Of a stretch of 64,000 nt of DNA, positions 38,021 through 52,400 are shown piece after piece (position 1 is the stretch's first letter; the number at the start of each line of letters is the position of its first letter). The position numbers and the translations under genes are program-made. This stretch comes from Eledone cirrhosa. Taxonomy: Eukaryota. Below the pieces are notes generated by a model. The model was not told the origin of the DNA, did no database searches, and worked only from the letters and a program-made list of their open reading frames with translations. The stretch spans positions 16,430,001 to 16,494,000 of the forward strand of contig OZ024742.1 in assembly GCA_964016885.1 (NCBI GenBank). The letters run 5' to 3'.

Positions 38021-38734
38021 CTTTCTTTTTATCCCGTAACCCCTGAGGGAGTCGTATGGACTCCGTATTGACATACGGAGTTTCTAGGGCATCTTTTCAA
38101 ACATCTGACGGAGTCCATCTCCACTCCAGGTCTGAAAACAGTAGATTTCTTCCAGAGAAGGAGAGGGAGTGATAGAGAGAATGGGAGTGAGAAAGGGATA
38201 TAGAAGAAAAATCGTCCCCAGTATTTCTCTGAAGGGACAGGTAGACAGATGAGGTAGGGAAGTGAGTGGTGGACATAAACTGCAAAAGCAGCAAGCACAT
38301 CAGGAGACAGAATCTAATTTTTCCTGAACACCTTGGTGGAATCCTGAAATATTTCGGTTTTAGATAAGCAGATATATGTAACCTTTCATGATTTTCTTCG
38401 ATAAAATCACCTGGTAAGGAGGTGAAATATTTCATGACATGCTTGTGCTGCTTAAAGGTGTTTTCTGAGAGTTCATCTATATTAACAGGTAACATAGGCA
38501 ATATTTTTAGGGCCATTGTTGCCACCTTAATTTTCTGATGTGAAATTACCATCGTTTCGTATTGAGAAAATGTTTGCTTGTTTAAATTTTGTCATTTTGT
38601 TTTTGTGAAATGTTTGAAGACCTTTTTAGAAATAATTGGCGCCATGTTCAGCAAATGAAGATGACAGGTTGTTACACAAGTTAGCTTATTTTATTTCCAC
38701 CTTAAAGTAAGAGGTGTAAATACACAAATATAAT

Positions 38735-38922
38735 TGTTTCTACTTTAGGCACAAGGCCAGCAATTACCCAGTGCATTACTGGTACTTTATTTTATCGACC
38801 CCGTAAGAATGAAAGGCAAAGTCAACCTCGGCGGGATTTGAACTCAGATCGTAAAGGGACGTAACTATGTTGGAAAGCATGGCGCCCGACCCTCTACCGA
38901 TACTGCCAATCCACCGCCCTTG
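38735..38922 (-). mobile_element. SINE family A with 15-bp TSD
   Basis: ATACACAAATATAAT at 38720-38734 and 38923-38937. Confidence 0.92.
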
Positions 38923-38949
38923 ATACACAAATATAATGAAGTCTCTTTT

Positions 38950-39830
38950 ATATATCTCTGTCTAAATATATCCCCTGTCTAAATATATCCCCTGTCTAAA
39001 TATATCCCCTGTCTAAATATATCCCCTGTCTAAATATATCCCCTGTCTAAATATATCCCCTGTCTAAATATATACCCTGTCTAAATATATCTCTGTCTAA
39101 ATATATCCCCTGTCTAAATATATACCCTGTCTAAATATATCTCTGTCTAAATATATCTCCTGTCTAAATATATCTCTGTCTAAATATATCTCCTGTCTAA
39201 ATATATCCCCTGTCTAAATATATCCCCTGTCTAAATATATCCCCTGTCTAAATATATACCCTGTCTAAATATATCCCCTGTCTAAATATATCCCCTGTCT
39301 AAATATATCCCCTGTCTAAATATATACCCTGTCTAAATATATCCCCTGTCTAAATATATCCCCTGTCTAAATATATCCCCTGTCTAAATATATCCCCTGT
39401 CTAAATATATACCCTGTCTAAATATATCTCTGTCTAAATATATCTCTGTCTAAATATATCCCCTGTCTAAATATATCCCCTGTCTAAATATATCCCCTGT
39501 CTAAATATATCCCCTGTCTAAATATATCCCCTGTCTAAATATATCCCCTGTCTAAATATATCTCTGTCTAAATATATCCCCTGTCTAAATATATCCCCTG
39601 TCTAAATATATCCCCTGTCTAAATATATCTCTGTCTAAATATATCCCCTGTCTAAATATATCTCTGTCTAAATATATCCCCTGTCTAAATATATCTCTGT
39701 CTAAATATATCCCCTGTCTAAATATATCCCCTGTCTAAATATATACCCTGTCTAAATATATCTCTGTCTAAATATATCCCCTGTCTAAATATATACCCTG
39801 TCTAAATATATCCCCTGTCTAAATATATCC
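38950..39830. repeat. 17-bp minisatellite TCTAAATATATCCCCTG with 16-bp variants, about 50 copies
   Basis: Read directly from the sequence. Confidence 0.95.
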
Positions 39831-39885
39831 TCTCATAAAAACAAAACAATAGTGCTGCTGCCGGCGATGATGGTGATAATAATAA

Positions 39886-40077
39886 TAATTGTTTCTACTT
39901 TAGGCACAAGGCCAGCAATTAACCAGTGTATTACTGGTACTTTATTTTATCGACCCCGTAAGGATGAAAGGCAAAGTTAACCTCGGCGGGATCTGAAATC
40001 AGACCATAAAGGGGCGTAACTTTATGCTGCAAAGCATGGCGTCCCACCCTTTACTGATACTGCCAATCCACCACCCT
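39886..40077 (-). mobile_element. SINE family A with ~12-bp TSD
   Basis: TGATAATAATAA at 39874-39885 and 40078-40089. Confidence 0.88.
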
Positions 40078-40094
40078 TGATAATAATAAAAATC

Positions 40095-40398
40095 AACCGG
40101 TACCAGGACCGGAAATGGAAACTGAAAGGCATTTGGAACTGTCATTAGATCAAGGTTGTCGCCATCGTCATGAGAGCACTGGGTACTATCTCGAAGAGTT
40201 TCCAAGGTTGGCTAAAGACCATCAGCCCACAGAACTATTTTGAATCACTTCAAAAGGCATGCTTACTTGGAACGGCAAGAAACTTCCGATATGTCCGGAA
40301 TATCTGAGGCTGCAGATAGAAACTTGATATTCATTAGGGCAATTATTCTAGTTAAATAACATCAATGACTGAGTCATCATTTTAAAAATAATAATAAT
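40095..40398 (+). mobile_element. 5'-truncated R4/Dong-clade relic
   Basis: 40149-40307 translates IKVVAIVMRALGTISKSFQGWLKTISPQNYFESLQKACLLGTARNFRYVRNI*; short (TAA)n on both sides. Confidence 0.78.
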
Positions 40399-40449
40399 GA
40401 GGATTATGTTGATCATCATAATAACCACCATCATAATATTGTTTCTAAG

Positions 40450-43400
40450 GTGTTGACAACTGTAGTATTAACAATGATGGTAGTGACAGTAATGTTGACA
40501 ACTGTAGTATTAACAATGATGGTAGTGACAGTGATGTTGACAACTGTAGTATTAACAATGATGGTAGTGAGTGTGATGTTGACAACTGTAGTATTAACAA
40601 TGATGGTAGTAACAGTGATGTTGACATCTGCAATATTAACAATGATGGTAGTGACAGTGATGTTGACAACTGTAGTATTAACAATGATGGTAGTGACAGT
40701 GATGTTGACAACTTTAATATTAACAATGATGATATTGACAGTGATGTTGACAACTGTAATATTAACAATGATGGTAGTAACAGTGATGTTGACAACTGTA
40801 ATATTAACAATGATGGTAGTGACAGTGATGTTGACAACTGTAATATTAACAATGATGATATTGACGGTGATGTTGACAACTCTAATATTAACAATGATGG
40901 TAGTGACAGTGATGTTGACATCTGCAATATTAACAATGATGGTAGTGACAGTGATGTTGACAACTGTAGTATTAACAATGATGGTAGTAACAGTGATGTT
41001 GACAACTGTAATAACAATGATGGTAGTGACAGTGATGTTGACAACTGTAGTATTAACAATGATGGTAGTAACAGTGATGTTGACATCTGTAATATTAACA
41101 ATGATGGTAGTGACAGTGATGTTGACAACTGTAGTATTAACAATGATGGTAGTAACAGTGATGTTGACAACTGTAATATTAACAATGATGGTAGTAACAG
41201 TGATGTTGACAACTGTAGTATTAACAATAATGGTAGTGACAGTGATGTTGACAACTGTAGTATTAACAATGATGATATTAAGAGTGATGTTGACAACTGT
41301 AATATTAACAATGATGGTAGTGACAGTGATGTTGACAACTGTAATATTAACAATGATGGTAGTGACAGTGATGTTGACAACTGTAGTATTAACAATGATG
41401 GTAGTGACAGTGATGTTGACAACTGTAGTATTAACAATGATGGTAGTGACAGTGATGTTGACAACTGTAATATTAACAATGATGGTAGTAACAATGATGT
41501 TGACAACTGTAATATTAACAATGATGGTAGTGACAGTGATGTTGACAACTGTAGTATTAACAATGCTGGTAGTAACAGTGATGTTGACAACTGTAATATT
41601 AACAATGATGGTAGTAACAATGATGTTGACAACTGTAATATTAACAATGATGGTAGTGACAGTGATGTTGACAACTGTAGTATTAACAATGATGGTAGTG
41701 ACAGTGATGTTGACAACTTTAATATTAACAATGATGATATTGACAGTGATGTTGACAACTGTAATATTAACAATGATGGTAGTAACAGTGATGTTGACAA
41801 CTGTAATATTAACAATGATGGTAGTGACAGTGATGTTGACAACTGTAATATTAACAATGATGATATTGACGGTGATGTTGACAACTCTAATATTAACAAT
41901 GATGGTAGTGACAGTGATGTTGACATCTGCAATATTAACAATGATGGTAGTGACAGTGATGTTGACAACTGTAGTATTAACAATGCTGGTAGTAACAGTG
42001 ATGTTGACAACTGTAATAACAATGATGGTAGTGACAGTGATGTTGACAACTGTAGTATTAACAATGATGGTAGTCACAGTGATGTTGACAACTGTAATAG
42101 TAACAATGATGGTAGTAACAGTGATGTTGACAACTGTAATAACAATGATGGTAGTGACAGTGATGTTGACAACTGTAGTATTAACAATGATGGTAGTGAC
42201 AGTGATGTTGACAACTGGAGTATTAACAATGATGGTAGTAACAGTGATGTTGACAACTGTAGTATTAACAATGCTGGTAGTAACAGTGATGTTGACAACT
42301 GTAATAACAATGATGGTAGTGACAGTGATGTTGACAACTGTAGTATTAACAATGATGGTAGTGACAGTGATGTTGACAACTGGAGTATTAACAATGATGG
42401 TAGTGACAGTGATGTTGACAACTGTAGTATTAACAATGCTGGTAGTAACAGTGATGTTGACAACTGTAATAACAATGATGGTAGTAACAGTGATGTTGAC
42501 AACTGTAATAACAATGATGGTAGTGACAGTGATGTTGACAACTGTAGTATTAACAATGATGGTAGTGACAGTGATGTTGACAACTGTAGTATTAACAATG
42601 ATGGTAGTAACAGTGATGTTGACAACTGTAATAACAATGATGGTAGTGACAGTGATGTTGACAACTGTAGTATTAACAATGATGGTAGTAACAGTGATGT
42701 TGACAACTGTAATAACAATGATGGTAGTGACAGTGATGTTGACAACTGTAGTATTAACAATGATGGTAGTGACAGTGATGTTGACAACTGTAGTATTAAC
42801 AATGATGGTAGTGACAGTGATGTTGACAACTGTAATATTAACAATGATTATATTGACAGTGATGTTGACAACTGTAATATTAACAATGATGGTAGTAACA
42901 GTGATGTTGACAACTGTAATATTAACAATGATGGTAGTGACAGTGATGTTGACAACTGTAGTATTAACAATGATGGTAGTAACAGTGATGTTGACAACTG
43001 TAGTATTAACAATGATGGTAGTAACAGTGATGTTGACAACTGTAATAACAATGATGGTAGTGACAGTGATGTTGACAACTGTAGTATTAACAATGATGGT
43101 AGTGACAGTGATGTTGACAACTGGAGTATTAACAATGATGGTAGTGACAGTGATGTTGACAACTGTAGTATTAACAATGCTGGTAGTGACAGTGATGTTG
43201 ACAACTGTAGTATTAACAATGATGGTAGTGACAGTGATGTTGACAACTGTAATATTAACAATGATGATATTGACAGTGATGTTGACAACTGTAGTATTAA
43301 CAATGATGGTAGTGACAGTGATGTTGACAACTGTAGTATTAACAATGATGGTAGTGACAGTGATGTTGACAACTGGAGTATTAACAATGATGGTAGTGAC

Positions 43401-46400
43401 AGTGATGTTGACAACTGTAGTATTAACAATGCTGGTAGTGACAGTGATGTTGACAACTGTAGTATTAACAATGCTGGTAGTGACAGTGATGTTGACAACT
43501 GTAATAACAATGATGGTAGTAACAGTGATGTTGACAACTGTAATAACAATGATGGTAGTGACAGTGATGTTGACAACTGTAGTATTAACAATGATGGTAG
43601 TGACAGTGATGTTGACAACTGTAGTATTAACAATGATGGTAGTAACAGTGATGTTGACAACTGTAATAACAATGATGGTAGTGACAGTGATGTTGACAAC
43701 TGTAGTATTAACAATGATGGTAGTAACAGTGATGTTGACAACTGTAATAACAATGATGGTAGTGACAGTGATGTTGACAACTGTAGTATTAACAATGATG
43801 GTAGTGACAGTGATGTTGACAACTGTAGTATTAACAATGATGGTAGTGACAGTGATGTTGACAACTGGAGTATTAACAATGATGGTAGTAACAGTGATGT
43901 TGACAACTGTAGTATTAACAATGATGGTAGTGACAGTGATGTTGACAACTGTAATATTAACAATGATTATATTGACAGTGATGTTGACAACTGTAATATT
44001 AACAATGATGGTAGTAACAGTGATGTTGACAACTGTAATATTAACAATGATGGTAGTGACAGTGATGTTGACAACTGTAGTATTAACAATGATGGTAGTA
44101 ACAGTGATGTTGACAACTGTAGTATTAACAATGATGGTAGTGACAGTGATGTTGACAACTGTAATATTAACAATGATTATATTGACAGTGATGTTGACAA
44201 CTGTAATATTAACAATGATGGTAGTAACAGTGATGTTGACAACTGTAATATTAACAATGATGGTAGTAACAGTGATGTTGACAACTGTAATATTAACAAT
44301 GATTATATTGACAGTGATGTTGACAACTGTAGTATTAACAATGATGGTGGTAACAGTGATGTTGACAACTGTAGTATTAACAATGATGGTAGTGACAGTG
44401 ATGTTGACAACTGTAGTATTAACAATGATGGTAGTGACAGTGATGTTGACAACTGGAGTATTAACAATGATGGTAGTAACAGTGATGTTGACAACTGTAG
44501 TATTAACAATGATGGTAGTGACAGTGATGTTGACAACTGTAATATTAACAATGATTATATTGACAGTGATGTTGACAACTGTAATATTAACAATGATGGT
44601 AGTAACAGTGATGTTGACAACTGTAATATTAACAATGATGGTAGTGACAGTGATGTTGACAACTGTAGTATTAACAATGATGGTAGTAACAGTGATGTTG
44701 ACAACTGTAGTATTAACAATGATGGTAGTGACAGTGATGTTGACAACTGTAATATTAACAATGATTATATTGACAGTGATGTTGACAACTGTAATATTAA
44801 CAATGATGGTAGTAACAGTGATGTTGACAACTGTAATATTAACAATGATGGTAGTAACAGTGATGTTGACAACTGTAATATTAACAATGATTATATTGAC
44901 AGTGATGTTGACAACTGTAGTATTAACAATAATGGTAGTAACAGTGATGTTGACAACTGTAGTATTAACAATGATGGTAGTGACAGTGATGTTGACAACT
45001 GTAATATTAACAATGATGGTAGTGACAGTGATGTTGACAACTGTAGTATTAACAATGATGGTAGTAACAGTGATGTTGACAACTGTAGTATTAACAATGA
45101 TGGTAGTGACAGTGATGTTGAAAACTTTAGTATTAACAATGATGGTAGTGACAGTGATGTTGACAACTGTAATATTAACAATGATGGTAGTAACAGTGAT
45201 GTTGACAACTGTAGTATTAACAATGATGGTAGTGACAGTGATGTTGAAAACTTTAGTATTAACAATGATGGTAGTGACAGTGATGTTGACAACTGTAATA
45301 TTAACAATGATGGGAGTGACAGTGATGTTGACAACTGTAATATTAACAATGATGGTAGTGACAGTGATGTTGACAACTGTAATATTAACAATGATGGTAG
45401 TGACAGTGATGTTGACAACTGTAGTATTAACAATGATGATATTGACAGTGATGTTGACAACTGTAATATTAACAATGATGGTAGTAACAGTGATGTTGAC
45501 AACTGTAGTATTAACAATGATGGTAGTGACAGTGATGTTGACAACTGTAGTATTAACAATGATGATATTGACAGTGATGTTGACAACTGTAATATTAAAA
45601 ATGTTGGTAGTAACAGGGATGTTGACAACTGTAGTATTAACAATGATGGTAGTGACAGTGATATTGACAACTGTAGTATTAACAATGATGGTAGTAACAG
45701 TGATGTTGACAACTGTAATATTAACAATGATGGTAGTGACAGTGATATTGACAACTGTAGTATTAACAATGATGGTAGTGAGAGTGATGTTGACAACTGT
45801 AGTATTAACAATGATGGTAGTGACAGTGATGTTGACATCTGTAGTATTAACAATGATGATATTGAGAGTGATGTTGACAACTGTAATATTAAAAATGTTG
45901 GTAGTAACAGGGATGTTGACAACTGTAGTATTAACAATGATGATATTGACTGATGTTGACAACTGTAATATTAACAATGATGGTAGTGACAGTGATGTTG
46001 ACAACTGTAGTATTAAAAATGATGGTAGTAACAGTGATGTTGACAACTGTAGTATTAAAAATGATGGTAGTAACAGTGATGTTGACATCTGCAATATTAA
46101 CAATGATGGTAGTACCAGTGATGTTGACCACTCTAGTATTAACAATGATGGTAGTAACAGTGATGTTGACAACTGTAATATTAACAATGATGGTAGTAAC
46201 ATTGATGTTGACAACTGTAGTATTAACAATGATGGTAGTAACAGTGATGTTGAAAACTTTAGTATTAACAATGATGGTAGTGACAGTGATGTTGACAACT
46301 GTAGTATTAACAATAATGGTAGTGACAGTGATGTTGACAACTGTAGTATTAACAATAATGGTAGTGACAGTGATGTTGACAACTGTAATATTAACAATAA

Positions 46401-49400
46401 TGGTAGTGACAGTGATGTTGACAACTGTAGTATTAACAATAATGGTAGTAACAGTGATGTTGACAACTGTAGTATTAACAATGATGGTAGTGACAGTGAT
46501 GTTGAAAACTTTAGTATTAACAATGATGGTAGTGACAGTGATGTTGACAACTGTAATATTAACAATGATGGTAGTAACAGTGATGTTGACAACTGTAATA
46601 TTAACAATGATGGTAGTAACAGTGATGTTGACAACTGTAATATTAACAATGATTATATTGACAGTGATGTTGACAACTGTAGTATTAACAATGATGGTAG
46701 TAACAGTGATGTTGACAACTGTAGTATTAACAATGATGGTAGTGACAGTGATGTTGAAAACTTTAGTATTAACAATGATGGTAGTGACAGTGATGTTGAC
46801 AACTGTAATATTAACAATGATGGTAGTGACAGTGATGTTGACAACTGTAATATTAACAATGATGGTAGTGACAGTGATGTTGACAACTGTAATATTAACA
46901 ATGATGGTAGTGACAGTGATGTTGACAACTGTAGTATTAACAATGATGATATTGACAGTGATGTTGACAACTGTAATATTAACAATGATGGTAGTAACAG
47001 TGATGTTGAGAACTGTAGTATTAACAATGATGGTAGTGACAGTGATGTTGACAACTGTAGTATTAACAATGATGATATTGACAGTGATGTTGACAACTGT
47101 AATATTAAAAGTGTTGGTAGTAACAGGGATGTTGACAACTGTAGTATTAACAATGATGGTAGTGACAGTGATATTGACAACTGTAGTATTAACAATGATG
47201 GTAGTAACAGTGATGTTGACAACTGTAATATTAACAATGATGGTAGTGACAGTGATATTGACAACTGTAGTATTAACAATGATGGTAGTGAGAGTGATGT
47301 TGACAACTGTAGTATTAACAATGATGGTAGTGACAGTGATGTTGACATCTGTAGTATTAACAATGATGATATTGAGAGTGATGTTGACAACTGTAATATT
47401 AAAAATGTTGGTAGTAACAGGGATGTTGACAACTGTAGTATTAACAATGATGATATTGACTGATGTTGACAACTGTGATATTAACATTGATGGTAGTGAC
47501 AGTGATGTTGACAACTGTAGTATTAAAAATGATGGTAGTAACAGTGATGTTGACAACTGTAGTATTAAACATGATGGTAGTAACAGTGATGTTGACATCT
47601 GCAATATTAACAATGATGGTAGTACCAGTGATGTTGACCACTCTAGTATTAACAATGATGGTAGTAACAGTGATGTTGACAACTGTAATATTAACAATGA
47701 TGGTAGTGACAATGATGTTGAAAACTTTAGTATTAACAATGAAGGTAGTGACAGTGATGTTGACAACTGTAGTATTAACAATAATGGTAGTGACAGTGAT
47801 GTTGACAACTGTAGTATTAACAATAATGGTAGTGACAGTGATGTTGACAACTGTAATATTAACAATAATGGTAGTGACAGTGATGTTGACAACTGTAGTA
47901 TTAACAATGATGGTAGTAACAGTGATGTTGAAAACTTTAGTATTAACAATGATGGTAGTGACAGTGATGTTGACAACTGTAGTATTAACAATAATGGTAG
48001 TGACAGTGATGTTGACAACTGTAGTATTAACAATAATGGTAGTGACAGTGATGTTGACAACTGTAATATTAACAATAATGGTAGTGACAGTGATGTTGAC
48101 AACTGTAGTATTAACAATGATGGTATTGACAGTGATGTTGACAACTGTAATATTAACAATAATGGTAGTGACAGTGATGTTGACAACTGTAGTATTAACA
48201 ATAATGGTAGTGACAGTGATGTTGAAAACTGTAATATTAACAATAATGGTAGTGACAGTGATGTTGACAACTGTAATATTAACAATAATGGTAGTGACAG
48301 TGATGTTGACAACTGTAGTATTAACAATGATGGTAGTAACAGTGATGTTGACAACTGTAGTATTAACAATAATGGTAGTGACAGTGATGTTGACAACTGT
48401 AGTATTAACAATGATGGTAGTAACAGTGATGTTGAAAACTTTAGTATTAACAATGATGGTAGTAACAGTGATGTTGACAACTGTAATATTAACAATGATG
48501 GTAGTAACAGTGATGTTGACAACTGTGGTATTAACAATGATGGTAGTGACAGTGATGTTGACAACTGTAATATTAACAATGATGGTAGTAACAGTGATGT
48601 TGAAAACTTTAGTATTAACAATGATGGTAGTAACAGTGATGTTGACAACTGTAATATTAACAATGATGGTAGTGACAGTGATGTTGACAACTGTAATATT
48701 AACAATGATGGTAGTGACAGTGATGTTGAAAACTTTAGTATTAACAATGATGGGAGTGAGAGTGATGTTGACAACTATAGTATTAACAATGATGGTAGTA
48801 ACAGTGATGTTGACAACTGTAGTATTAACAATAATGGTAGTGACAGTGATGTTGACAACTGTAGTATTAACAATGATGGTAGTAACAGTGATGTTGAAAA
48901 CTTTAGTATTAACAATGATGGTAGTAACAGTGATGTTGACAACTGTAGTATTAACAATAATGGTAGTGACAGTGATGTTGACAACTGTAGTATTAACAAT
49001 GATGGTAGTAACAGTGATGTTGAAAACTTTAGTATTAACAATGATGGTAGTAACAGTGATGTTGACAACTGTAATATTAACAATGATGGTAGTAACAGTG
49101 ATGTTGACAACTGTAATATTAACAATGATGGTAGTGACAGTGATGTTGACAACTGTAATATTAACAATGATGGTAGTGACAGTGATGTTGACAACTGTAA
49201 TATTAACAATGATGGTAGTGACAGTGATGTTGACAACTGTAATATTAACAATGATGGTAGTGACAGTGATGTTGACAACTGTAATATTAACAATGATGGT
49301 AGTAACAGTGATGTTGACAACTGGAGTATTAACAATGATGATATTGACAGTGATGTTGACAACTGTAGTATTAACAATGATGGTAGTGACAGTGATGTTG

Positions 49401-52400
49401 ACAACTGTAGTATTAAAAATGATGGTAGTAACAGTGATGTTGACAACTGTAATATTAACAATGATGGTAGTGACAGTGATATTGACAACTGTAGTATTAA
49501 CAATGATGGTAGTGAGAGTGATGTTGACAACTGTAGTATTAACAATGATGGTAGTGACAGTGATGTTGACATCTGTAGTATTAACAATGATGATATTGAG
49601 AGTGATGTTGACAACTGTAATATTAAAAATGTTGGTAGTAACAGGGATGTTGACAACTGTAGTATTAACAATGATGATATTGACTGATGTTGACAACTGT
49701 AATATTAACAATGATGGTAGTGACAGTGATGTTGACAACTGTAGTATTAACAATGATGGTAGTAACAGTGATGTTGACAACTGTAGTATTAACAATGATG
49801 GTAGTGACAGTGATGTTGACGACTGTAGTATTAACAAAGATGGTAGTAACAGTGATGTTGACAACCAACTGTAATATTAACAATGATGGTAGTGACAGTG
49901 ATGTTGACACTTGTAGTATTAACAATGATGGTAGTGACAGTGATGTTGACAACTGTAGTATTAACAACGATGGTAGTGACAGTGATGTTGACAACTGTAG
50001 TATTAACAATGATGGTAGTGACAGTGATGTTGACAACTGTAATATTAACAATGATGGTAGTAACAGTGATGTTGACAACTGGAGTATAAACAATGATGAT
50101 ATTGACAGTGATGTTGACAACTGTAATATTAACAATGATGGTAGTAACAGTGATGTTGACAACTGTAGTATTAACAATGATGGTAGTAACAGTGATGTTG
50201 ACAACTGTAGTATTAACAGTGATGGTAGTGACAGTGATGTTGACAACTGTAGTATTAACAATAATGGTAGTGACAGTGATGTTGAAAACTGTAGTATTAA
50301 CAATGATGGTAGTGACAGTGATGTTGACAACTGTAGTATTAACAATGATGATATTGACAGTGATGTTGACAACTGTAATATTAACAATGATGATATTGAC
50401 AGTGATGTTGACAACTGTAATATTAACAATGATGGTAGTAACAGTGAAGTTGACAACTGCAGTATTAACAATGATGGTAGTGACAGTGATGTTGACAACT
50501 GTAGTATTAACAATGATGATAGTAACAGTGATGTTGACAACTGTAATAGTAACAATGATGGTAGTGACAGTGATGTTGACAACTGTAATATTAACAATGA
50601 TGGTAGTAACAGTGATGTTGACAACTGTAGTATTAACAATGATGGTAGTAACAGTTATGTTGGCAACTGTACTATTAACAATGATGGTAGTAACAGTTAT
50701 GTTGACAACTGTAGTATTAACAATGATGGTAGTGACAGTGATGTTGACAACTGTAGTATTAACAATGATGGTAGTAACAGTGATGTTGACAACTGTAGTA
50801 TTAACAATGGTGGTAGTGACAGTGATGTTGACAACTGTAGTATTAACAATGATGGTAGTAACAGTTATGTTGACAACTGTAGTATTAACAATGATGGTAG
50901 TGACAGTGATGTTGACAACTGTAGTATTAACAATGATGGGAGTAACAGTGATGTTGACAACTGTAGTATTAACAATGATGGTAGTAACAGTGATGTTGAC
51001 AACTGTAATATTAACAATGATGGTAGTGACAGTGATGTTGACAACTGTAGTATTAACAATGATGGTAGTAACAGTGATGTTGACAACTGTAGTATTAACA
51101 ATGATGGTAGTGACAGTGATGTTGACAACTATAGTATTAACAATGATGGTAGTGACAGTGATGTTGACAACTGGAGTATTAACAATGATGGTAGTAACAG
51201 TGATGTTGACATCTGCAATATTAACAATGATGGTAGTCACAGTGATGTTGACAATGTAGTATTAACAATGATGGTAGTGACAGTGATGTTGACAACTGTA
51301 ATATTAACAATGATGGTAGTAACAGTGATGTTGACAACTGTAGTATTAACAATGATGGTAGTGACATTGATGTTGACAACTGTAGTATTAACGATGATGG
51401 TAGTGACAGTGATGTTGACAACTGTAGTATTAACAATGATGGTAGTGAGAGTGATGTTGACAACTGTAATATTAACAATGATGATAGTAACAGTGAGGTT
51501 GACAACTGTAGTATTAACAATGATGATATTGACAGTGATGTTGACAACTGTAGTATTAACAATGATGATATTGACAGTGATGTTGACAAGCGTAATATTA
51601 ACAATGATGGTAGTAACAGTGATGTTGAAAACTGTAGTATTAACAATGATGGTAGTGACAGTGATGTTGACAACTGTAGTATTAACAATGATGATATTGA
51701 CAATGATGTTGACAACCGTAATATTAACAATGATGGTAGTAACAGTGATGTTGACAACTGTAGTATTAACAATGATGGTAGTGACAGTGATGTTGACAAC
51801 TGTAGTATTAACAATGATGATATTGACAGTGATGTTGACAACCGTAATATTAACAATGATGGTAGTAACAGTGATGTTGACAACTGTAGTATTAACAATG
51901 ATGGTAGTGACATTTATGTTGATAACTGTAGTATTAACAATGATGGTAGTGACAGTGATGTTGTCAACTGTAGTATTAACAATGATGGTAGCGACAGTGA
52001 TGTTGACAACTGTAATATTAACAATGATGGTAGTAACAGTGATGTTGACAACTGTAGTATTAACAATGATGGTAGTGACAGTGATGTTGACAACTGTAAT
52101 ATTAACAATGATGGTAGTAACAGTGATGTTGACAACTGGAGTATTAACAATAATGATATTGACAGTGATGTTGACAACTGTAATATTAACAATGATGGTA
52201 GTGACAGTGATGTTGACAACTGTAGTATTAACAATGATGGTAGTGACATTTATGTTGATAACTGTAGTATTAACAATGATGGTAGTGACAGTGATGTTGA
52301 CAACTGTAGTATTAACAATGATGGTAGTAACAGTGATGTTGACAACTGTAGTATTAACAATGATGGTAGCGACAGTGATGTTGACAACTTTAGTATTAAC

